A stretch of DNA of 64,000 nt from Anthoceros angustus (taxonomy: Eukaryota > Plantae > Anthocerotophyta): assembly GCA_010909165.1 (NCBI GenBank), contig MU008160.1:1612001-1676000 (forward strand), written 5' to 3'. Positions 12,723 through 24,289 of this stretch are shown piece by piece. Position 1 is the stretch's first letter; every line of letters begins with the position of its first letter. Under the pieces are notes generated by a model. It was not told the origin of the DNA, did not search any database, and was given only the letters and a program-made list of their open reading frames with translations. The position numbers and the translations under genes are program-made.

Positions 12723-15700
12723 ATGGAGGACAAGGGGTTTAATTCCATGTTCAGACTGAAGCACACAGAATTTGCCAAGATGCTTCTGAGTCAGACCCAA
12801 GTTTGTAGGTATGCGTGAACCAATTGGCGGATCAGTTTAACAGCTTGCTGAGAGATAGAGTGGAATCTGCTCTTGATTTTGGGGGCAGGTATAGGATGGG
12901 TGATCAGCATCTCACGGATATCATCAGCAATGTGCGAGCGATTGGAGTCATACTGGAAAAGATCTCTCTGCAATCACAGGATATTCAGCTGAAAAGGGTC
13001 TCAGTCGATCCGACATCTATTGACAACGACAGTCTGGAGTTTGTGACTGCCTTTATTGGCAGGCTGTCTGCTCTAGAGAAGGAGATTGAGGCGAGTGGGT
13101 CTGGCCGTCCTGTGTCTCGTGCTGGGGAGAACGCCCTTGACAAACTGCGGAAGGGTATACATCAGGCAGGAACATCTCTTGGACTCGCTGGTCGACAAGA
13201 GGTACACATGGCTGATGTTGCGATGTGACTACCTTGCCGTGCATGCAGTAGATGGAAATTGTGCCGTTGTGAAACCACCTGAAGTTGATGAAAGCCTTAG
13301 CTTTAGTGAAGAAATGACTCCCTGGTTCCAGTCTGAATGCCTGTTTCTTGCTTGTAGGTGGTTGTGGGACAAAAATCACCGCTGCTGTTTCAGCGCAAGG
13401 ACCGCCACCTTGATGATTTTGAAGATTTTTTCTCAGCTTTGGAGGACGATGAAAGCAACGAAACACTTCTGATCAACACAGCTCTGTTATGCTCGAAGGC
13501 TGATGTTACATCCAACGGCCACAACAGGACCAGCTCCTGGTTTGGTTGGTCTAAAGCTGCAGGTTCTATGAGAAAGGGCTCGGAATCTTCTTCTCCTGAT
13601 GTGCGCAAGGGGAAGCTTGCACGATTCGGACGATCTAAAAGTGATGCTGAGATTACAGCAGCATTGCTTCATAAGGATGTTGGAGTTAAGAAATCACCAG
13701 GGAGGAGCATCAGCAGATCAGAGCGCACAGCCGGTGGACTACTGAGGAGGCTGGCATGCTGTCTTCGGCCAACAGGTGGTTCTCAGGTATCTTACAGTAG
13801 AAAGCTTCTCGAGCTCATACAGCTGCATCCCACGTTGCTGTAAAATCAATTTCTTAGGAATTCAAATGCTGGGCACATAGCAAATGGTAGACTCTGATCT
13901 ACATATCTTGGGACAACAGCAGCAAGTAGGGAGAAAGGGCTGACACAGTCTCATTGCCACCTAGGTCTCCTCTGTCAGTTACACACCTGATGCTGCTCAG
14001 GACACAGAGAAACTGGGCAGTCAACTGCTTGCAAAATTGCAGTACTGGGACAAAGAGCTGGCAAGATTGAGGGATCAAGCAGTCAATTGTGGAGCCTTCT
14101 TACGCAAAAGCCATCTTACTGTAAGTGAAAGGCGAATTTTTAGTCCTCTAAAATGAGGCAAATTCCAGCTTCTGATCGAGGGCTTCTCCCCTTGTAGGAA
14201 ATTTGCACCGGTCTGGGGCTGAAAAACACCCCACCTACATATGTGAGGGTGAAGAGGCTTGCGGATCTGGTCTTGCAAACTCTGAGATCTGGCCCACATA
14301 AGGTTGTCTTGCTTCATGGCGTGTTTGGTATGGGCAAGTCGCTCCTTGCACTCGACATTGCACTTGAGCTTGAGAATGGTGAGCAGTTGATGTAGGTGGT
14401 TGTTGCAGACGTTTCCAGCAGAATGCAATCTTGTACAGCTGCATGTGAACTAGTGTATACATGCATGTGAAATTTTGGGATGCTGCTCAGGTCTTGATTA
14501 TCCGGGTGGTGTATATTATTTACACTTTGGTGAGAGATTTGGAGAACACTGCGATGAGGCCGAATTAGACACTAAGATAATAGAGCAGCAGAAGCTGCTG
14601 ATTATGCTAATGGCTTATGATGGTGAAAAGGTGTCGGAGACTCCAGGTGTGTCGAAAGCAGACACAACTCAGTTACTTGCTTCCAAACTCTCAGGTGAGC
14701 ACATTTGGCTCACTATGCTGTAGTTATTTTTGATGCCCCGGTGACCATCATGTTTCGAATAACCTTCTCTTCTGTAAAACAGGAAAGCGGTCACTTCTAA
14801 TTATGGATGAGGTTTGGAGTCCAAAAATTGTGGAGAAGTTCATGTTCCCCGGGCACAAAGGCAAGCTACTTGTGACAAGTAGCCTCGGGCTGACTGGAAG
14901 TATGCTGACTGATGACAATATACAGAGGCAGTGTGTGGGGAGTGCTGGAGTTTCTTCCTGCACCCTGATCCAGGTTGGGTCAGACGATTACTATGGCAAA
15001 CAGGTTGACCATCAGATTCTTGAGTCATGTTCGTGGACAACTATTGATCCAGACCGGAAGGTATGTCCCACCATATCCTTGAAGTTTGCAAGCTACACCC
15101 TTCGTAACTTGTGCGGTGCAGTGAAAGATGATGAAGCGTTTGGCTCTGTTTAGGAGTCAGCTACCAAAATACTGGAGACCTGTGGTGGTTGCCCTCTTGC
15201 TCTGAGCATAATTGGGGGCATGTTACGAGGCAAAGATGCAACTGCATGGGCCAAATTGTCAGCCGAGCTTCAAATCCTGCTTGAAGGCCTGACAAAGAAG
15301 GTGTCAGAAAGTGGAGCCACAACCACGTCAACAGACGCTGATACGTCTTTCTATTCAGCTTCCATGACCCTGAAAGATGAGGTCAGGGGTGTTGCAGATG
15401 GGTCTTTCCTTTCAATGCGCAAGAGCAACTTCAGTGATCCATCCTTGCAATGCTTTGATGTAAATTCATACTCAGCGGCGTCAAATTTGAAAGATGATGT
15501 GAGATTTGTTACAGAGGGGTCCTTCCTCTCTATGCGCAGCAACTTCAGTGATCCTTTCCTCAACAATATCGGAGTTCCCACAAGGACTGGTTCTTGGCGA
15601 ATAGATTCCGTTCGCATTTCTGATCCTGGCATCAAGGTGGCACCTGCTCCAGAACAGAATGTGGAGTTCTGGGTTATAGAACCAAAACGTTTGCCCGGTC

Positions 15701-18700
15701 CTGATCCTCACTCAGTACTGATTGGGGTGATTGACCTGTGCCTTAGCCACCTACCAACCGAACAACAGAATGCATTCAAGGCAATGAGCCTGTTTGAGAG
15801 CGAATGTCTGATTCCTGCACCTGTGGTGGAGCTTGCACTCGAGGTCACAGGTGGCAAGTTGGCTTCACAGTTTACGCAGCTTATGGGCCATCTTGTGCAG
15901 TCAGGAGTGGTGTGTCAGAACGTTGATAAGGTTAGACTTGCCTTTTACCATTTATTATTGTGTGTGAAAGCATTCTTACGGATTTTGGTGAAGACTTGGA
16001 AGTTTCAGAAGTTTATGACAAGGTGAAGTTCTTGACTTGTTCATATTCATGGCAGTGATATGGTTCTTTTCGCTGTTGCAGAAATTTTACTGGGTCCACT
16101 CCATGATCTCTCGATACTTGGCTCGATATCGTGCAGACATCGGCACCTCTGTCCTACAGGTTCATCCAGGTCGTTTGAGTCCGGATGTAACAACTGAAAG
16201 ATCTCGTGGTTTAAACATTGGACGTAAGATAAGGCTACTTAATGCCTTTCTGCTTTCCTATGGTCATGGTGATCTGAGGAAAATCTCTGTTAACCAGTTA
16301 GGGCTAGAGTCTTCCGTGTTGGGAGGAGTCATGGATGATGTACAGCAGATGGCTTTCTCCATGTACACAGAGGAGGGAAGGTTACCAATTTTGGAGCCTG
16401 AGCATCAGGCTGATATGGTCTTGGCAGCCACTTTGCGCCAGTCAGGGAATCTAAGGACAAGCTTAGGGGACTTGAAGGGTGCTCTTGCTGAGCTAAACAG
16501 ATCGTACAAGTTAAAGCCGGACCACGTGCTCACGCTGCAGTAAGGCTCTTCACCCATTTGTCGATTGTGCATTTGACTTTGAGAAAACGTCTGCACAGAC
16601 AAGCACAATGTCAGACAGCACAAGAGTTATTCTATATTTCTGACCTTGGTTGAAGTAGCTAGCAGAAATGCCTCCTGAACATATGCAGCTCAAGGCTTGG
16701 CCATGCATGTGTGTGTCAGGATGAGGGGAGCTATCTTGGTGCATTTTGAAGATTACGAGGCTGCCCTGGCTGATGTGGACAAAGCTGATGAGCTCGCACC
16801 CAATGACAGCTTTACCCTTCAGTACTCTCGAATAACTTTTCTGGTGTGATTCAGAAGGTTTCCTTTGACACCCATTAATTACAGGTGGCCTGTTCCAGAA
16901 TTCGGGGCAACATCAAGCGGTGTGTGGATGACAACGAAGGGGCTCTGCACGATCTGGAATTGGCAAACGAGTTGGAGCCAAATAAGAGCTTCACTCTCAG
17001 GTTTGAGTTTTTGTAAACCGAAATTTGACACATATCCAGCCATATTCACGACTAGAGAGAACAGTGGCTGCAGAAGCAAGGCTGAAGTGTTAAAGTTTAT
17101 TGTGCAGTGTCATGGGAGCTGTCAAGCTCAATCTCGGTGACTATCGTGGTGCATTGATGGATCTGGATAAAGCTGCCCAAATTGAGCCCAATGACCACTT
17201 CATCCTCACGTATGAAGAGTCCGAGCAGCCGTCGCAGATTAGCATATTTCTGAGTTTGTGCTGTTGCCAACTGAAATCCATGGGTTGCCTCTGGTGTAGA
17301 GTGAGAGGCAATACAAAGCTCCATTTGGAAGACTACCAAGGAGCGATGGAAGATCTTGACAGAGCCTTGGACAGGGCCCTTGAGCGGCTATCCTCCAGCA
17401 AGTCCATGTCCAAGTCAGTTTGTGACAACCATCACCTTGGGATCAGTCGCATCCATCCCGCTTACTCCTGATCATCGACCATAAACTCTCCCCATGTCTG
17501 CAGTGCTGTATTGGACAAACCAGTCGATGGAGCACAAGATCCTAACAGAAGCTTCACGCTCAGGTTTAATCAGCGTCTACTCTTGCCAGAACAATATTAA
17601 GTCTTCTTGCTGGATGCTTGAATGTCTGTGTGGTTACAGTGTTAGGGGAGCCGTGAAATTGAACACGGGAGATCTTCAAGGAGCTTTGGCTGACCTCGAT
17701 GAGGCTGATGAGCTGTACCCCAACGACAGCTTCACTCTCAAGTAAGTTTTGACCTAAAGTTTTGAGCTAGTATGTTTCTCGCGAGTTGATGAAATCTGAG
17801 GGATTAGATCAGAATGCCAGATTTTTGTCTGCGCAGCTTGCGAGCAACAGCAAAGGTTCAATTAGGAGACTACACAGGAGCGCTGGAAGATCTCAATCAT
17901 TGCTGCGAATTGGATCCCGATGACACGGACGTCCTAAGGTACTCTACAGTTTCTTGTGCCTGCTCATATATTTGAGGGGAGAGCTAGGTCCTGCTTGTGA
18001 AGTGCATGTTCTAACGTACGAGTTTGGTGTTCCAGGCTAAGAGGCAATGTCAAGAGGCTCTTAGGTGACTGCAAAGGGGCACTGAAAGATTTTACCAGGA
18101 GCAATTTCATGGAGCCACGGAACAGCTACACTCTCAAGTACCCGTTTCTTTTCTTTTAAGGATTGTTGATGATCGTTTTAGTTGTGTCTGACATATTTGG
18201 TTCTACCAGATTCAGAGGAAATGTGAAAAGGTGTCTAGGTGATCACCGTGGTGCACTGGAGGACCTGAATCTGGCGAATGAGTTGAAGCCAGATAACGCC
18301 TACACTTTGTTGTGAGTTGTTGCAATGCGTCTGACATGATGTTCAGAAGGGAACCTCATTTCATAATACATTTACTGACCGTTCCTTGCGCGGCAGGATA
18401 CGAGCCAGTGTTAGAGGACTCATGGGGGATCATGAAGGTGCTCTGGCAGACCTCAACCAAGCTCTTCGGGCAGAAACAGCCAGTGCTTTTGGACTTCTAG
18501 AGAGAGGGGTGGCCAAATACGTCACAGGCGATCTCGAAGGAGCTCTCCTCGACTTAGATAGAGCTTACAAAATTCAACCTCAAAATGCAGATATTCTTAG
18601 ATATCGAGGACGTGTGAAGTTCCTCCTCAACGATGTCGCAGGAGCTAAAGCAGATCAGCTTGAAGCCGGTAGTAGGGAGGTACCAGAAAGGTCTGTTGTG

Positions 18701-18748
18701 ACTTGTCTCGGTCATTTGCCTGTGGAGTCTGTCTTGCTCTCGGATTAA
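12723..18748 (+). CDS. NLR-like STAND ATPase: unknown helical N-terminus, NB-ARC, TPR array (about 18 exons)
   Basis: P-loop GVFGMGKS (14318-14341), Walker B LLIMDEVW (14794-14817), RNBS-B KLLVTS, GLPL-type GCPLAL (about 15187-15204) and VHS at the MHD position (16094-16102). TPR exons follow at 16720-16821, 16899-17000, 17108-17209, 17300-17413 plus 17504-17563, 17640-17741, 17837-17938, 18036-18137, 18210-18311 and terminal exon 18397-18748. Start ATG 12723 assumes intron 12809-12888; ATG 12896 is an alternative. Confidence 0.88.
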
Positions 18749-18878
18749 GATTAATTATCCAAAATCAGCTTCTCCTCCAAACATTCTTTCTAATAATTTA
18801 CCGGATGAACACTGTATAAAAAGCGAAAGATTACCAGTGTCTTATTTCATTGGTACAAAAGAAACCTCCAAAACGTGA

Positions 18879-20954
18879 CTAGACGTCAGCATTCGAAGTG
18901 CCCATTATATGGAAAGGTTGCTTCTGCTCATGTGCCTGGGAATACTCTGCGGTTCTCCCATCGTCCTTGCTCTGCTGAGCAGGCACGACAAAGTCTGGCT
19001 GGTTATTGATTGATCTGATCCAAGCCCATCTGTTATCGTTAACATTAACCACATGCTGAGTGGCTGCGACTTTATCAAGAGGGATGTAACAATAGCCCCC
19101 GTTAACTGGCCCTGCCACAAATCCCGTGTACCCAGCCATGGCCCCATGTACTGCAGAATGAGCCAACAATGTGCAGTAGAGGGTGTCTGCGGAATTGCTT
19201 GGAACAGCTCGCACCATATATGTAGGATCGATATACTTCAGACCAAACGGCTTGTTAGGATTCACTTTTTTCCAATACTGCTTCAGCTCTTTGCTCAACC
19301 AGGCGCCAATATCCTGCAACAACAGGTTCCCTGTTCATGACGACAAATCAGCTGAACATCTATAGATATTTGAAAAACAGTTTAGATAATATCCCAAGAT
19401 TATAGGAAAGTACTGACGGAACAAGAACTGAATGCTGGCAAGTTTAAACTGCTTGCTGAAATTGTGAAGCCCCGAGGACCGAGACTTGCCTGATTCATCT
19501 CTATCATCTCCATCACCTCGTGGTATCAGATGTTGCCCCGCCCCTTCAGCCGTAACAATGACCATATGCCCATTCTCAGCTATTCGATGATTCAGAAACT
19601 CTAAAAGACCGCCTTTTCCTTCCATGAAAAAGGGAACTTCTGGAATGAGGCAACAATCCACATCCCTGTTGCTGAGCGTCGCATGCACTGCAATGTGTCC
19701 AGAATATCGGCCCATGAGCTTCACCAGCCCCACACAATTAGGCGTGCTCTCCGCTTCGGTGTGTGCAGCGTTGATCGCAGCTTGGGCAGCCTCCACGGCA
19801 GTTTGAAACCCGAATGACCTGAAATCCCTAATTATCAGCAAAGCTCACTGACAGAAAACAAGCAGTTGAGCAGGGACGACAGTTCAAAATACCTGTCTAT
19901 GATGCCCACATCATTGTCCACAGTCTTCGGGATGCCAACTACTGAAACCTTCAACTTTCTCCTCTTCACCTCGTCAAAAATCGCAGTCGCACCTCGCATG
20001 GTTCCATCACCACCAATTATGTACACTTGATTCAATCCACGGGCCTGCAAACACGCACTGGAAGCGGATCGACAACAATTCGAAACAATCTACAGCAGCC
20101 TTCCAACGTGGAAAGGACAGCGAAGACTTACATCTCTGAGACTAGCTCCACACTCTCTCCCAAAGAATCTGACATACCTCAATGCTATCAACGATCTTGT
20201 TGAGGTCAAATCCTCCTCTGGTAGTGCTAAGCATCGTCCCACCTCTCTTATGCCAATCGTCCACAACCTTAGGATTCAGCTCTTTGTAGTTTGCCCCGTA
20301 GAAACCACGATACCCTGCCACAACGCCTCTCACATTTTTCACACCATACTGCAAGCAAAGAGTGTTCACCAGCTCCCGGATGACAGTGTTTATCCCGGGA
20401 CAAACTCCACCACAAGTCACAATCGCTGCCTTCACGTCATCTGTTTTATAGTACACTCTCTCTCGCGGCCCAGCTCTGCGGTAGTGAGCCTGATGCAAGG
20501 GCTTGCTAGTGTCCACTGCCACTTCCACCGAGATCATGTCGGTGTCTGTCACATAGAACCCGTCCACAGCATGGAAGTAAGGATTGTAAGCCAGCGGACT
20601 CTCATAAGTCGGTAGCTCTGGCAGATATTCACGCAAGTGAGGAATTTCGTGGAGGACAGGATACTTCGGAGCCATTCCCTGCGCGTTTCCGTCCGGCTCA
20701 AGATTGGATCTCACCACACCGCTCCTCACCCGTTGCTTGCCATCTATGTTTACCATTCTCCACGAATTTTCAGTCCGGTGCCCCAATCTGATCGAGCTCC
20801 CAATGGATCCAGCGCAAGCAGCCCCGCCGTAGCATATCCGTGCCGCTGCCACACGTTCTGCCCGAGCTTCCGAAGCAGTGCTGCGGGAAGCAGGCCAGCG
20901 AATGCGGATGAAGAGACGATCCCTGGCAGAAGCCGTAGCAGCAGTGGCAATCAT
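18879..20954 (-). CDS. PFK2: ATP-dependent 6-phosphofructokinase, PFK2-like, 4 exons
   Basis: [85 protein letters not shown]. The start is uncertain: ATG 20954 (Ala/Ser/Arg-rich transit-peptide-like extension), 20756 or 20675. Confidence 0.93.
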
Positions 20955-21406
20955 CTCGCTGATCGTCCTCAGCTCACGGGTTACTCGCAAACCGGCCAAG
21001 CGTGAAGTGAAACTCACCGAAACAGCCAGGCACAGGGACACATGGCTTGCTCACAGTCCTGCACTTGTTCGTTCCAGTGGCAACCCGGAACGTTGTTCCC
21101 AGTACGTTTCTTACTTTCGGGTTCTTCCAGGCTTGTGAGTACCAGCTCCTGACAATTGCGGCCATTGGTTTTCCATCAAGGTTGCAGGAATCGTGTATTC
21201 GGTTGAAGTAGAGAGGGCTGAAGCAACGAAGTCTCGTTCCTTTCACACTGGTTTCTGGGCGCGCCGGATTTCCTCGAGTGAGTGAGTTGAGTTTCCTCAG
21301 CGTACACCTTGTGTCTGGGCCTGCCGATTCCGTTGAGTGATTTGAGTTCCTTAGCGCCAGACCAAAGCTCCTGGATCCATTGGGAGCTTGATCAGATTGG
21401 GGCACC
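20777..21406. repeat. 36-bp inverted repeat pair (20777-20812 and 21371-21406)
   Basis: GGTGCCCCAATCTGATCGAGCTCCCAATGGATCCAG versus the reverse complement of CTGGATCCATTGGGAGCTTGATCAGATTGGGGCACC, with one mismatch. Confidence 0.9.
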
Positions 21407-21479
21407 TGTAACCCTTCGGGTCTCCCACAGCTGTTCCATGGTGATGGTTTGATCTCCAGAGTTGCTCTTCCCGAGTTTT

Positions 21480-22960
21480 ACGTGGATGCTTGTGACAGTC
21501 TCCAGGCATTGCTGTTTCACAAGAAATCCATTAACATCAGGCCTCTCACTCATCTCCGCTAGGGCACAGCAAGCCTTAAGTGCAGCAACTTATGTTCGGT
21601 CATTTGGGACCACACCTTCCTGTCCCATCCTTGAGTACAAATGCAAAGCCTTTCACCAGCTTGAATATGGGCGTACCCGAGAATCATGGCAGTCCAGGAA
21701 ACCACACTGCGTTGAGGCAATTTCTCCCACACCTGCCGAGCATTCTCTAGGCTGCCACACTTTGCGTATGCATCCACTAGGGCACTCCCCACTACCAGAT
21801 CAGTCTCTAACTTCCGCTTGTCAATGTCCCTGTGGATAGCCCTGACAGTTTCCAAGCATTGTTAATGCGCCACAAGTAAGCTGTCACTGCAATTTCTTTC
21901 CCTCAACTCTCCAATCGTACTGCAAGCCTTAAGTGCACCAACGCATGCTTGCTTATCAGCCACAATACCCTTCTGTCTCATGTGTGTGGACAGCAGCTGC
22001 AAAGCCTCTTCACATTTATCCATCTGTACATACGCCAAGATCATGGCCGTCCAGGACATCACATCTTCGTGAGGAATTTCTTCAAACACCCTCCTGGCAT
22101 TCTCCAAGCTTCCACATTTGGCATATGCGCTCACGAGCATGGTCCCTACAAATCCACCCAGCTCAACCTTACTCTTGCGAACATGGATGTTTGTAACAGT
22201 TTCCAAGCACTGCCTCTTCACCAGCAAGCTATCCCTGCCCTTCCTACTCCCCATGTCTGCAATGGCACTGCAAGCCTGCAGTGCGGCGACATGTGTTCAA
22301 TCATTTGGACTATACCCTCTTGCCCCATCTGTCCATACAACCGCAAAGCCTCCTGACCCTTCCCCTTCAGGATGTATCCCCGCGTCATAGAATTCCATGA
22401 AACCACATCACGATAAGGCATCCACTCGAACACCCACCTGGCCTCCACCAAGCTGCCACATTTGGCATACGCGTCCACCAGCACATTCCCCACAATGACA
22501 TTCCTGACCAACTCTCACACCCTCCTCTTGCATCCGTGCAAACAACTGCAAGGCCTCGTCACCCCTCCCCCTCTGGGCATACCCCAAAATCATGGCAGTC
22601 CATGACACCACATCCCGACGAAGAATCTCCTCAAACACCCGTCTAGCTTTCTCCAGGCTCCCACATTTTGCATAAACATTAACAAGCACTGTGCCCGCAT
22701 AGAAGTCAGTCTCAAGGCCACTTCTAATCACCTCTGCGTGAACTCGCTTGGCAGTCTCCAGGTCCTGCAATCTCACACATGCCTTCAACATAACCACCAA
22801 TATCCGGGGCCTTGGTTTTGACCCTTCCTCAAGCATTTCCTCGTAAAGCGTAAGGGCCTGTCTTGCTTGCCCGCTGTTGGCATGCCGCAAGATGAGAGCT
22901 GTCCAGGCATACTCCCCTTCCCTTTGAAGTGAAACCCACCATCGAAGCTGCCACTTTCAA
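21480..22960 (-). pseudogene. PLS-class PPR pseudogene (frameshifts, internal deletions, stops)
   Basis: Repeats such as LVNVYAKCGSLEKARRVFEEILRRDVVSWTAMILGYAQ are split across ORFs 22408-22890, 22218-22511, 21862-22254 and 21559-21855 in different frames, with no splice signals at the breaks. No E or DYW domain was seen. Confidence 0.85.
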
Positions 22961-24289
22961 AGCTTCCTCTGCCACAGTTGATGGGCACCGGCTGTTGTCT
23001 CGCAGCCTGTGTCATTAACATGTGGAGGAGTCCCGTAGCCTACACAAAGGACCTTCTGATGCATGGCAGCAGAGTAGGTAATCTCAGGAGCTTACCGCAC
23101 GGTCTCGAGGAGCAATGTATCTGAGCTTTGGGTTTTTTGCTGGTACTTCCCTGCTGTTGGAAAGAACCTGGTGCGTCTTCACATGGTGCTATCTACAAAG
23201 TACATTTATAAAGTCTCCGAAATCGCTGAAAAAACAATCTTCACATGGTGTTGGTGTAACTTGTTGTCTCTACACTGCCGATGGTTCTTTGCCGTCTGTG
23301 CTCGTGGCCTGGCCACCAGCAGAATACATTCACAGGCCCCTGTAAATTGTCACAAGGGACGAATTCTTGGGTGAGCAGTAATGGTGAGGACGAATTCATC
23401 TCAGCCTGGCTGCAGACGTGATGACAATAGTGGCGGTGGAAGTACTCACCAATGCCTTTCCTCTACAAGGCTTGATCAATACAAGTTTGGCACAAGTCAT
23501 TTTTCTTACTTTCCGTTTCTTCGACACTGACCTCTGGCTTCTCAAGGTGTTGTGCGTCGACTCAGTGCTTCTTCATTATGTCTTCAATGTTACAGAGCAA
23601 AGGCAAGCCAAGATTGCTACTGCAGAACTGTAGCTAAGCCGGGAATCGCTCAATGAGCTCACAGCCTCATTTAACATTGTCACACTGTTGTAAAACTTAG
23701 GTCAAGAACCGTCTGCATTGTAGCCAAGTTGCACGCCTGGATCAAAGGCAGGACTTGCTTTTAGGAAATTAGGTTTGAAGTTCCCAGAAACAACACGTAG
23801 TAGCGGAGACTGGTACACGCAGATAAGCCCCGGTAATCGTCCTTCATGTCGTGTTCTCCCAGGTTGGGGGCAGGCAGCGACCTGAGATGTTTCAGCACCA
23901 GTGGCTAAACATTATTAGCCCTTGTCGTGATCGCAAAGGACGGCTCGATTTCCCAGAACCACGGCAAGAAACGCATGGACCTCAAATCTCCAGATTGCAT
24001 TCAAAGCTAGCTAGACTCGGGACATCGGAAATGCCGATATCCGCTTTGCTTGCCCTCGGGAAACAAACCGGAGCGATCACCGAACAAGCATCGCAAAGCT
24101 AACAATTCTGCTAGATAAACTGACGGTGTTGCTCGTGCGGCTCCACGCAGTTCAACTACTTACCCGAGTTAGTTGACTTATATCAATTCAGTATATTATT
24201 ATTCTAGGGTATACTTTGAAAGTTTCTATATATCATAGATTCCTAATAAGGATAAATTACTCCTCCTCTATATATAAGTTGTAAGGACT

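Noticed and set aside
12815-12888. GTG-initiated N-terminus predicted by the ORF track for the NLR-like gene
   Set aside because: It is better explained as an intron (GTATGC..GGCAG) after an ATG exon at 12723-12808.
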